A stretch of DNA of 45,771 nt from Vulcanisaeta sp. AZ3 (GCA_000960865.2 JZWU02000011.1:1-45771), one strand, 5' to 3'. Counted from the stretch's first letter, positions 10,069 to 18,786 are shown. The notes: generated by a model from the letters alone, not told the origin. Made by a program: numbers and translations.

Positions 10069-10536
10069 TCATACTATGAACTTTGTTGGAACTTTCATTG
10101 CTGTATTTGTCATTTTTATAGCTGCAGATGAGAATTGGACAAGGGTTAGGAAGCTTCCCTTCTTAATCCTAATTTTCTTTGACAATATGGCACCTACAGG
10201 ATCAACTTTACCCTGTATTAGATCCTTCCAAAGCAAGTAGTCAGCCTCTAGTATATACTCTGCATCAGACTTACTGGCATCTATGTAAAACTCAGAACCT
10301 TGGCATGTACCATTCCTAAGCTTAAACTTCATGGCGATAGCAGTGGTTGATACACCAGTTATGCCCATTAGTTGAAATAAAGTACTAATCACAGTGTCTG
10401 GTATATTCGTAGCTACAAAAACTACATCCCATATCCAGTCCTTAGCCGCCTCCTTATATTCCTGATTCTCATTCAATGCCTTACAATATGCCTCAGCCCA
10501 TTGCGGACTTGGGAATACGAAACCTTCACTTGACAT
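10069..10536 (-). CDS. SCP2 sterol/lipid-binding domain protein (second, distinct subtype)
   Basis: FPSPQWAEAYCKALNEN N-terminus and WKDLIQGKVDPVGAILSKKIRIKKG C-terminus. Confidence 0.82.
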   Translation of the reverse strand: MSSEGFVFPSPQWAEAYCKALNENQEYKEAAKDWIWDVVFVATNIPDTVISTLFQLMGITGVSTTAIAMKFKLRNGTCQGSEFYIDASKSDAEYILEADYLLWKDLIQGKVDPVGAILSKKIRIKKGSFLTLVQFSSAAIKMTNTAMKVPTKFIV

Positions 10537-10753
10537 ACGTAATATGTATTACTAGGATATTTTTAAGTAATATTTATATATAACTTATATAAATGAGAAA
10601 TTTATTTATTGCTGAGGTGCGGATTTTTGCATATAAATAATTACCATTACTAGGTTCTCTCTACATAATTCAAAGGGTATTTTTACTATATTAATGGCGC
10701 TATGGCATTAATATTTAGATCAAGATATAAGGAAGTATTTAATGAGGATTAGA

Positions 10754-11095
10754 TTATATGTCAACCTCTAAGAATCCATCCTGTGTTACCCTGACCTTGT
10801 ACGTTGGTAATGGAATACTTAGTTTCTCATACTCGCAAGGAGCCTCAGGCCTTACTTGGGGCTTCTCTATCATTTCTCCTGTCCTAACATCGTACCTAGC
10901 CAGGTGGGCTGGGCAGGTGGCTATGTGTCCGTTTACGTCAGTGAGTAGGGCGCATCCCATGTGGGCGCATATAGCTAACATTCCGTAGTAATTATTGTCT
11001 TCTTTCACGATGAGTATTGGTTTTCCACCAACCCATGCGATTATTGAGTTTCTTCTTTCAAAGACTTTAACTAAAATGTTTATCCTCCTCCACAT
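10754..11095 (-). CDS. Soluble Rieske [2Fe-2S] ferredoxin
   Basis: CAHMGC...CPAH ligand boxes and RYDVRTG. Confidence 0.9.
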   Translation of the reverse strand: MWRRINILVKVFERRNSIIAWVGGKPILIVKEDNNYYGMLAICAHMGCALLTDVNGHIATCPAHLARYDVRTGEMIEKPQVRPEAPCEYEKLSIPLPTYKVRVTQDGFLEVDI

Positions 11096-11199
11096 GCACT
11101 ATGTCGCTAGTGAATTATTAATTAAGCTTTATTGCTAGGATCATAAGTTATGAATAAGTCACTAATGCTAAGGTCTTATTAATTGTATGATTCTAATAA

Positions 11200-11256
11200 T
11201 CATACATTTCGCCCGTCATTCATCATTGTTTCAGAACCAACGCGCCTAATCACTCA
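11200..11256 (-). ncRNA. Probable box C/D guide sRNA; one guide complementary to the 16S rRNA decoding region
   Basis: Minus strand: GTGATTA (C) - GGCGCGTTGGTT - CTGA (D') - ATGATGA (C') - ATGACGGGCGAA - ATGT/ATGA (degenerate D). TGACGGGCG pairs with conserved 16S CGCCCGUCA. TATA-like element about 20 nt upstream. Confidence 0.6.
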
Positions 11257-11270
11257 ATGTCATTATGTAA

Positions 11271-13715
11271 ATGCATGTTTATAAGTCTAGCATTGATTGG
11301 TCTATGGGCTGTGGTATGGGCTTGGCTGAACTGTTGAGGGAGTTGGTTAAGGAGGGAGTTTCATCTAATCATAGGGGGTTAGTGGTTCTGGTTGGTACGG
11401 ATGGTGATAAGTTAATTAGGTACGTGGTGGATGCCCTTAAGGTATTCTCATCATTCATTAAGGATTCCCACGGCCTTTACATGTATCAGCCTGAGTACTC
11501 TGATGCTCAGAGTAGAATGGGTAGGTTGAAGGAACTGGCTAAGGATGTGTCCGTGGATATTGATTATAGGCCTTATAAGGATACTGATAAGTTGTTGGGA
11601 GTTACTGTGGATTTTGCAGTGCTTGATTTAATGAATGATCTTAAGCCTAATGATGTTGGTAGATTAGGTGGTATTGTTAGGGGTGGTGGTATTTACATAT
11701 TCATGGTACCACCGCTAGAGGAGTGGGCACGCAGATTAACTAAGTTTCAGCAGAGTCTTCTTGTTCCGCAGTACGGACCTGAAAATATTAGGCATTTCCT
11801 GAAGTTTAGATTTTGGAGTAAGTTAATGGCTATGGGTAAAGCATTGATTATAGACGTTGATAATGATAAGATAATCAAGGAACCAACTCTTGGTAATTCA
11901 CAGCCCTGGAAGCCGGTACCAATAACGCTCCCTGAGAAGATGAGATTCCCTAGGGCAATTTATGAACTGGCCAAAACTCAGGACCAAGTGGAGGCTCTTA
12001 GGGAGATGGAGGTATTGTTAGAGAAGCCTCAGAGGGGTAAGAGGGTGAATGTTGTCTTGATAGCGGATAGGGGTAGGGGGAAGTCTGCAGTGATTGGCTT
12101 AGCACTTGCCGCATTGGCTCATAGGCTTAGGAGGATTAAGGGTAGGGCTAGGTTTGCTGTGACTGCTATGAATCCGAGTAATGTCTCGACCTTGATGGAG
12201 TTCGTAATTAAGGGTTTGAAGGCTTTGAATTATGATGTTGATGTTGATCGTTGGGGTGATGATGTAGTTACGGTTAAGGTTGGGGTTTCCATATTTGTGG
12301 ATTACATAAGACCGTACGATATGTTGAGTGAGGAAGGTAGGGATACAGTTGTAGTTGATGAAGCTGCCATGATACCACTCCCGGTATTGTATGGGATACA
12401 TGAGAGATTCTCGAGGGTTATTTACGCATCTACAATACATGGTTATGAGGGGGCTGGTAGGGGGTTCAGCCTTAGATTTCTTAAGTATCTCCATGAGGAT
12501 AAGAATACAAGTGTCATCGAGTATGAGCTTAAGGAGCCTATTAGATATGCGGCTGATGATCCTGTGGAGACATGGTTATTTGACACGTTACTCCTTGATG
12601 CTGAGCCAGCTAAGGTAACGAATGAGGATCAGAAATTAATTGAGGAGGGCGAACTTAGATATGTTGTTCCAGACCTTAAGGAGTTCTTCCTAAATAATGA
12701 GGATGGATTGAGACAGTTCTTCGGTATTTACGTTCAGGCTCATTATAGGAATGAACCTGATGATTTAGGCATGATGATGGATGCACCGCATCACTTCATT
12801 AGGGCTCTTTCGCTGAGTAATGGTAAAATTGTGGTTTCTACGGAATTAGCCGAGGAGGGAGGCATAGGTGATGATTTAATTAATATGGTTGTGAGAGGCC
12901 TTAAGCTACCTGGCAATATAATACCTGACAGATTAATTAAGTATTGGGGGCTTTCAGAGTTCGCAAAGTTAAGAGGTTGGAGGATAATTAGGATAGCCAC
13001 ACACCCTGAGTTACAGGACAGGGGGTTAGGTACTGAAATGCTTAGACGTATTGAGGAGGAGGCCAAGGATAAGGGGGTTGATTGGGTTGGTGTTGGATTC
13101 GGTGTCAATGCTAAGCTCCTCAATTTCTGGATTAAGAATGGTTATATGCCAGTCCACATAAGCCCAGAGAGGAACCCAATAAGTGGTGAATACAGTGTCC
13201 TACTCGTTAAACCAATCAGTGAGAGAACTAAGGATGAGGTAATATACGCTAATAAAGAATTCAGGTTGAGACTACTTAACTCATTACAAGGTCCGTTCCA
13301 CGACTTAGAGCCTGATGTGGTTAGAATGCTCCTAACAGATTGGGGAAAAGCTCTTGATGAGGGGTATAAGCCAAGACTCACTGAGGCTCAGGTTAGACGC
13401 TTGGTGGCTTATGCTTGGGGACCTATGAGTTATGAGAATACGGCTGATGCATTAACAGAGCTTGTGAAGACGTATTACTTAAGGAGGGGTGCTGATGATG
13501 CTTGGCTTCCGCCATTTTACGAGGAGGTCTTAATATGTAAGGTGCTTCAGGCGAGGCCTTGGAGAGAGGCTGCAAAAGCCCTTGGTATTAGGAGGTCAAC
13601 CTTGATGCTTTTAATTAGGGAGATAACTAAGGTTCTTATTCAGTACTATGTAAAGAGTTATGATATACCTGAGTTTATGGTTGGTGTTACAAAATCTCAA
13701 AAGAAGGGTGGATAA
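11271..13715 (+). CDS. tmcA: RNA cytidine acetyltransferase TmcA/Nat10 (true start probably 11304 or 11316)
   Basis: Helicase module ADRGRGKS, VDEAA, STIHGYEGAGRGF; HYRNEPDDL; GNAT motif RIATHPELQDRGLG. Confidence 0.95.
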   Translation: MHVYKSSIDWSMGCGMGLAELLRELVKEGVSSNHRGLVVLVGTDGDKLIRYVVDALKVFSSFIKDSHGLYMYQPEYSDAQSRMGRLKELAKDVSVDIDYRPYKDTDKLLGVTVDFAVLDLMNDLKPNDVGRLGGIVRGGGIYIFMVPPLEEWARRLTKFQQSLLVPQYGPENIRHFLKFRFWSKLMAMGKALIIDVDNDKIIKEPTLGNSQPWKPVPITLPEKMRFPRAIYELAKTQDQVEALREMEVLLEKPQRGKRVNVVLIADRGRGKSAVIGLALAALAHRLRRIKGRARFAVTAMNPSNVSTLMEFVIKGLKALNYDVDVDRWGDDVVTVKVGVSIFVDYIRPYDMLSEEGRDTVVVDEAAMIPLPVLYGIHERFSRVIYASTIHGYEGAGRGFSLRFLKYLHEDKNTSVIEYELKEPIRYAADDPVETWLFDTLLLDAEPAKVTNEDQKLIEEGELRYVVPDLKEFFLNNEDGLRQFFGIYVQAHYRNEPDDLGMMMDAPHHFIRALSLSNGKIVVSTELAEEGGIGDDLINMVVRGLKLPGNIIPDRLIKYWGLSEFAKLRGWRIIRIATHPELQDRGLGTEMLRRIEEEAKDKGVDWVGVGFGVNAKLLNFWIKNGYMPVHISPERNPISGEYSVLLVKPISERTKDEVIYANKEFRLRLLNSLQGPFHDLEPDVVRMLLTDWGKALDEGYKPRLTEAQVRRLVAYAWGPMSYENTADALTELVKTYYLRRGADDAWLPPFYEEVLICKVLQARPWREAAKALGIRRSTLMLLIREITKVLIQYYVKSYDIPEFMVGVTKSQKKGG
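11277..11285. promoter_or_regulatory. Possible bidirectional TATA element shared by tmcA and the divergent C/D sRNA
   Basis: GTTTATAAG reads TTTATAAG on + (before ATG 11304/11316) and TTATAAAC on - (before the sRNA 5' end). Confidence 0.45.
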
Positions 13716-13765
13716 ACTTGGGGTAGAACTTTAAAATAGGCTATTGATCTTTGCTTAGATGTTAC

Positions 13766-13990
13766 ATGGTTAAGAACGGTAAGAGAAGGATTGTGATAGA
13801 GATTGATGAACAAAAATATGAGATCTTAAAGACGCTTAAGGAGAACTTACATGCAAAGAGTTGGGCTGACTTATTGTTAAGATGTCTTGATAATTCGGCT
13901 ACGATTATTGAAATTGAGAGACTGCATAATGACGTTAAGGACTTAAGTATGATTGTTGATGAAATACTTAGGACCATACGGGAAAGATAA
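13766..13990 (+). CDS. Small ribbon-helix-helix DNA-binding protein with C-terminal coiled coil
   Basis: KRRIVIEIDEQKYEILKTLKENLHAKSWADLL fits the RHH pattern; TATA TTTAAAAT at 13730-13737 favours ATG 13766 over TTG 13751. Confidence 0.65.
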   Translation: MVKNGKRRIVIEIDEQKYEILKTLKENLHAKSWADLLLRCLDNSATIIEIERLHNDVKDLSMIVDEILRTIRER

Positions 13991-14143
13991 TGAGATGGAT
14001 AGGGCCTGGCTAGTGATATGGACTAATATTGTCGAGTCTAACCGCCATTTACTGGATTCTATAGATTGAAGAATTCAATGTTCTGTTTAATAAGTAAATA
14101 AGTAAAAGAAATAAATAGAACCCCCTAAGTATTAAGAATCTGA

Positions 14144-14539
14144 ATGCTAGTATTACTATTTAGGTCAATTGAGGAGGCTACTAATAAATTAAGTATAATT
14201 AGGGAGGAGCTTATGAAAGTTCATGAGAATTACAGTAAGACCATCGAAGAAGTTAAGATAAATGCAAATGTAGAAAGTATGTTAGCTAAGGTTGGGTATA
14301 GACCATCTCATCGTGTAGTAACAATACAATCAATCTCAAGTACAACGAATGTGCATATAATGCCGCACAGCACATGGTTATTGAATAAATTGAAATCAGT
14401 AAATGATAATATTAGTTTCATAATTAATGAAATTGATAAGGTAAGGAATTATCTGAATAATGTTAAGACTAAGGATGTATCAGTGATGATAATGATTGAT
14501 TACAAAAATAAGAAATCAAGACTGGTGATTATGCCATGA
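14144..14539 (+). CDS. Hypothetical coiled-coil protein (paralog A of local family)
   Basis: 131 aa, first of four overlapping ORFs; strand-helix-hairpin-helix-hairpin pattern. Confidence 0.75.
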   Translation: MLVLLFRSIEEATNKLSIIREELMKVHENYSKTIEEVKINANVESMLAKVGYRPSHRVVTIQSISSTTNVHIMPHSTWLLNKLKSVNDNISFIINEIDKVRNYLNNVKTKDVSVMIMIDYKNKKSRLVIMP

Positions 14540-14925
14540 ATTTAAATGTCGATATAAACATAAGCATTGATGAACTAAGCAGACGCATTATAGAGGGTAA
14601 GAATGAACTTATGAAATATGTTGAGCACCTAATGAAGATATATGATGAGGTAAATACCAGCGAGTTACCTAATGAGAGTGAGAAAATTGTACTTAATTTG
14701 CCTAACCTATTCTCAATAACGATTTATAGAGAACCATCGAAGGAAGCGTATAAGGATTTACTTTCTACGGCCTTGTTATTTCTAAAGCTTAAGTATGCCA
14801 TCTACGCCGTTGCTGAACATAGGCTCGGTAAGCTTAAGGGATTGGGTCTTAAGGCGATGGTTAGGTATTTTGGAGATGTACCAGCGTTAGTGGTGATTAA
14901 TCTTGATAATTCTAGCAGGCAATAA
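14536..14925 (+). CDS. Hypothetical coiled-coil protein (paralog B)
   Basis: ATGA overlap with the upstream gene, SD GGTGA, C-terminal VRYFGDVPALVVI. Confidence 0.75.
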   Translation: MNLNVDINISIDELSRRIIEGKNELMKYVEHLMKIYDEVNTSELPNESEKIVLNLPNLFSITIYREPSKEAYKDLLSTALLFLKLKYAIYAVAEHRLGKLKGLGLKAMVRYFGDVPALVVINLDNSSRQ

Positions 14926-15553
14926 GTTAAGAGAAATCGCGTTGGAACTTAGTAATAAATTAAATGAGATGCTCCAAGCTATTAATAGAATATATGCATA
15001 TAACCCTAAGGAGGAGGCATTAAGTAACATTGTTAAGGATTTAAGAGGCAAGACTAGAGCTACACTTGCCAGGGGCAATGCGCAAATAATCTCTAGGGTT
15101 GGTGGATTAGAAGTTACTTACGTAACATCGGCCTATGGCTATAGGGAAGCGTTAAGAGACTTGATTAATTATTATACGAATGTGCTCATGGCAATTAAGC
15201 AAGCGATTGAACTTCTTGATAAACTAGGTGTAACTGATGACTGCGTAGTGGTTATTGATGAGACTTCGGTTGATGTAATTATTGGCTACTCATTGCCCGA
15301 TACCTCAGAAATCCTATTACTAGAACTACCCAGTATTACTGAGAGAGCTAATGTGAAGAGCGTTTTAAGTGAATTTGTTGCCGGCTTGACCGCGGATGAG
15401 TATGCAAAGGTAATTAAGAAGTTAGATGAGGCAATGTCCGTAATGAACAGTGAGGCGTACGTCATAGACCGTATTGTGAAGCTTGAAAATATTAATTATC
15501 CAAAGCAGTTCGTAGAACTTGAGAGTAAGGTGACTAATGGTGATCGAAATTAA
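14903..15553 (+). CDS. Hypothetical protein (paralog C with a helical C-terminal extension)
   Basis: 216 aa overlapping both neighbours; first ~130 aa follow the same family pattern. Confidence 0.72.
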   Translation: MIILAGNKLREIALELSNKLNEMLQAINRIYAYNPKEEALSNIVKDLRGKTRATLARGNAQIISRVGGLEVTYVTSAYGYREALRDLINYYTNVLMAIKQAIELLDKLGVTDDCVVVIDETSVDVIIGYSLPDTSEILLLELPSITERANVKSVLSEFVAGLTADEYAKVIKKLDEAMSVMNSEAYVIDRIVKLENINYPKQFVELESKVTNGDRN

Positions 15554-15944
15554 GAAATTCAGTTCTTTAAATGAAATGATTAATGCCTTGGAGAACGAGT
15601 TAAGTAGTGAATATAGGTTTATGCACATACTGAGACAGAATTGGAGCGATTTATTAAGCGTTGAGAACACAACAATACTGTCTAAGGAGATTTCTGAGAA
15701 CATAAGGTTTATTGATAGAAACTCCGAAATATTCTCATTAAAGATTGTATATAAGCCAGGGACGAATACTAAGGGTGACTTTATAAATAATGTCGCCGGT
15801 TACATTCAAAGAAAATCCGCCACACTAAAGATGGCGATAGAGAAACTCAAGGCGCTTAGTGATGAAGAGAAGAGAAAGTCTGCCATAGCGTTACTTATCG
15901 ATTCGATACCTATTATAATCGTACTAAAATCTGAAAATGCTTAA
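15537..15944 (+). CDS. Hypothetical coiled-coil protein (paralog D)
   Basis: SD GGTGA; KKFSSLNEMINALENEL N-terminus and ALLIDSIPIIIVL C-terminus. Confidence 0.75.
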   Translation: MVIEIKKFSSLNEMINALENELSSEYRFMHILRQNWSDLLSVENTTILSKEISENIRFIDRNSEIFSLKIVYKPGTNTKGDFINNVAGYIQRKSATLKMAIEKLKALSDEEKRKSAIALLIDSIPIIIVLKSENA

Positions 15945-16071
15945 CTGTTCTGGTCCTAGTGTGTTCTTATTTCTTTTTCGTTGTGAATAGTTATTATCAC
16001 GTATCAAGTATAAGCAACAAACCGTTTAGTTAACGAACTTTTACATTAATGAGAAGCAGCTTCCATGATCT

Positions 16072-16917
16072 TTAATGCAATAGAATGATATGTCTTGGCA
16101 ATCCGTCTACGTAGAGAACGAAAACATGTGAACCAAGCATATATTGGGAGAATTCCTCATTATGCATAACTTTCTCAATTAGATTGTCTAATTTCTTAAG
16201 ATGGCTATCCAATAATTGAGCACTATTTATAATCTCCGTAGCAATATCTTCAAGCCTTACATACACCACCAACCTGCCCTCTCTAGGTTTCCTACTTGAC
16301 TTAAAACTAGATTCCTCATGCAGTGAGAAACCTAGTTCTAGGGCCTTAGTTTCGTAATCTTTAAATCGTAGTATTGCCGTAGCGTCTCTATCGAGGGCTT
16401 CTGTGCATTCCTTAATAACCAAGTAATTCTTCGATATACCCATAATAGCGTCTGCCCAATTCTCATAATATTCAAGACTAGTACCTAATGCCTCATTAGT
16501 TACTACGCCAAGCCTTAATGTATTAATTGACTCTGTAATTATCTTATCTATATCCTCAGGTCTTATCTCAAGCTTTTTCTCGACCTTATGCACAGCCCTA
16601 ACCTTCCTCTCCTTACTACTGGTAGTACTGGTTTTACCGTGCCTTAAACCTAATAGGGAGGCTATATCTACGTTCATAAACCTCTCAGCAACCACAGCCA
16701 CTCCATAACCCAGAGCTAAGCCTACTAGGGGTAATGACATGTTGCGTATGGTTAGGTATTGATTTATGGCTAGGTTAGGTATGATGTACGGAATCAACAT
16801 TAGTATCACATAAATACCTAGAAGGGGTGCTACCACGTTTAATGGCGGTTTAAGTAGCCCTATGATTAGCGTTCCCATCATTACTATAATGATTAACATT
16901 ATCGGTACTGGTATCAT
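16072..16917 (-). CDS. Membrane-anchored hypothetical protein (about 3 N-terminal TM helices plus paralog E domain)
   Basis: Hydrophobic first ~80 aa, charged linker, C-terminal VLYVDGLPRHIILL; ATGA overlap with the upstream gene. Confidence 0.78.
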   Translation of the reverse strand: MIPVPIMLIIIVMMGTLIIGLLKPPLNVVAPLLGIYVILMLIPYIIPNLAINQYLTIRNMSLPLVGLALGYGVAVVAERFMNVDIASLLGLRHGKTSTTSSKERKVRAVHKVEKKLEIRPEDIDKIITESINTLRLGVVTNEALGTSLEYYENWADAIMGISKNYLVIKECTEALDRDATAILRFKDYETKALELGFSLHEESSFKSSRKPREGRLVVYVRLEDIATEIINSAQLLDSHLKKLDNLIEKVMHNEEFSQYMLGSHVFVLYVDGLPRHIILLH

Positions 16918-17273
16918 AAGTGTTCACCAACACCCAATGGTTGTGACAATAATACCCTTTGTGGGATCCCATTATCGAGCTCAAGTAATACTAAGCCCAT
17001 ATAATTAGTATTGCCCAATTCTCTCTGTAATTCATCTAGCATTGAGTTAATTATATTAATCTTATCATTAATTCTCTCTAGGACGCTGTTGAGTATTGAT
17101 ATTTCATCTCTCCTAATGATTAAATCATTATCCTTAATCTCAACAATATCCACAAAAGAATTCCTCCTAACCTCTTCCTCAAGGCGTTGTTTCGCCTCTC
17201 TTAATTTATCTAACTCCTCCTTCAGATACTTAGTCAATGAGTACGTATCTTTAAATCTAAGGAGTACTTTCAA
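16914..17273 (-). CDS. Hypothetical coiled-coil protein (paralog F)
   Basis: KVLLRFKDTYSLTKYLKEEL N-terminus, LLELDNGIPQRVLL C-terminus; overlaps the ATPase 3' end. Confidence 0.78.
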   Translation of the reverse strand: MKVLLRFKDTYSLTKYLKEELDKLREAKQRLEEEVRRNSFVDIVEIKDNDLIIRRDEISILNSVLERINDKINIINSMLDELQRELGNTNYMGLVLLELDNGIPQRVLLSQPLGVGEHL

Positions 17274-18786
17274 CCTCGATCACCTTACTCATCACTTGGT
17301 TTAGGACCTTGTCTGGGTTTGTGTAGTATAATTGTACGTATTTTGAGACATCCTCAAAATTGAGTACCTCTTTCTCAACCATCCATTCGACAACCCTAGA
17401 CCTAACATCAATCTCCCTGAGGAGCTCATTGACATCCTTACCCGTAATTTCGCTCACCTGCCTAACCAGAATACTCCTCTCGATGTAAGACTCATGCTTA
17501 TCAGTCCTTGGGTTCCACTTAAACACGGTATTGAATCTTATTTCATTACCATCCATATAAACCTCACCAACCTCCGTGACTCTCCTCGTAATCTTACCAC
17601 CAATCTTAACTCTCTTAATCATTACGAAGATGTTTATGGCGGGTATGTAGGCAGGTGGTATGTTCATTGGTGGGCTCATTAGCCTATTCACGGCAGCCTC
17701 GAAAGATTCTGCGTGCATTGTTGATATACCACTGTGACCTGTGTTCACCGCCTGGAATAAGACGTAGGCCTCCTCACCCCTAATCTCACCGACTATTAGG
17801 TAATCGGGTCTCATTCTGAGGGTTGCTTTCACTAGATCGAAGAGGGTTATTTCGTTTATTTTTTCCGAACCGTAGCTTTGTCTCGTGACTAACCTAACCC
17901 AATTTTTATGCGGTAGGTTGATTTCTGGAACCTCCTCGACTGTTATTATCTTCATGTGGGGTCTTATGAATGTGGCCATGGCGTTGAGGAAGCTTGTTTT
18001 GCCGGCACCTGTGACTCCTAGGACCAGGAAGGACTTGCCGTTGTCGAGCATGACCCAGAAGTAACCAGCTATTTCAGCACTTATGTTGCCAAACTTAACC
18101 AGCTCTGTAAATGTTAATGGATTCTTCCTAAATCTTCTTATTGTGAATGTGGAGCCGCTTGGCGATACCTCTCTCCTATATGTGACAGCTGTTCTAGATC
18201 CATCGGGTAACTGTGCATCGACTATTGGGGTTGCCACTGAGACATGTCTGCCAGCCATGTGTATTAGCTTAACAATCAAGTCATCGAGAGCTTTGTCAGT
18301 CATTGGCACGATATTGGTGGGTATTGATTCATACTTTCTGTGGAATATGTATACTGGCCTACCGACACCATCACATGAAATATCCTCTATATTTTCATCC
18401 CTCATTAATGCATCTATGGGTCCATAACCAAGTAAATCCTTTTCCATGTAATAAAGGAATTTTGCAAATGATGATGGAGATACACCCTTAAATAATCTCC
18501 TGTACTTATCAACAATTTTCTTCAATTCATTCAGCAAATAGTTCTTAACGTCACCAACCTTAGCCAGATCCTCAGGCGGCGGCAATTCAAGCATTACAAT
18601 CCTACTTAACTCCTCATAAACTTTACGTTCAGCAGGGTCAAGCTGTATTTCCTCTAAGTAATACATTATGTCGCCCGTACCCTCATCCTGGACTATCCTT
18701 GCATATGCAAATGGCTCATACAATGGATACCTCTCAAGCTCCTTTAACTGCCCTACTGGCTTAATTAGTTGGAAGTCTAAACTCAT
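17257..18786 (-). CDS. Type II/IV secretion - type IV pilus ATPase (VirB11/CpaF/FlaI family)
   Basis: EDISCDG, Walker A GVTGAGKT, Asp box TVEEVPEI, Walker B RPDYLIVGEIRG, His box GHSGISTMHA. Confidence 0.95.
   Translation of the reverse strand: MSLDFQLIKPVGQLKELERYPLYEPFAYARIVQDEGTGDIMYYLEEIQLDPAERKVYEELSRIVMLELPPPEDLAKVGDVKNYLLNELKKIVDKYRRLFKGVSPSSFAKFLYYMEKDLLGYGPIDALMRDENIEDISCDGVGRPVYIFHRKYESIPTNIVPMTDKALDDLIVKLIHMAGRHVSVATPIVDAQLPDGSRTAVTYRREVSPSGSTFTIRRFRKNPLTFTELVKFGNISAEIAGYFWVMLDNGKSFLVLGVTGAGKTSFLNAMATFIRPHMKIITVEEVPEINLPHKNWVRLVTRQSYGSEKINEITLFDLVKATLRMRPDYLIVGEIRGEEAYVLFQAVNTGHSGISTMHAESFEAAVNRLMSPPMNIPPAYIPAINIFVMIKRVKIGGKITRRVTEVGEVYMDGNEIRFNTVFKWNPRTDKHESYIERSILVRQVSEITGKDVNELLREIDVRSRVVEWMVEKEVLNFEDVSKYVQLYYTNPDKVLNQVMSKVIEVESTP

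Noticed and set aside
13988-14045. Possible fourth C/D sRNA: TAGGGCCTGG is complementary to archaeal 16S CCAGGCCCUA
   Set aside because: The surrounding C, D', C' and D boxes are all degenerate with no CTGA, and a 10-nt match alone may be chance.
14144-18786. Identity with the archaellum, Ced/Ted DNA-import, arcade (crenactin) or Cdv/ESCRT systems
   Set aside because: No archaellin, FlaH/J, CedA-like polytopic protein, actin fold or Vps4 is present, and the ATPase is VirB11-type rather than VirB4/HerA-type.
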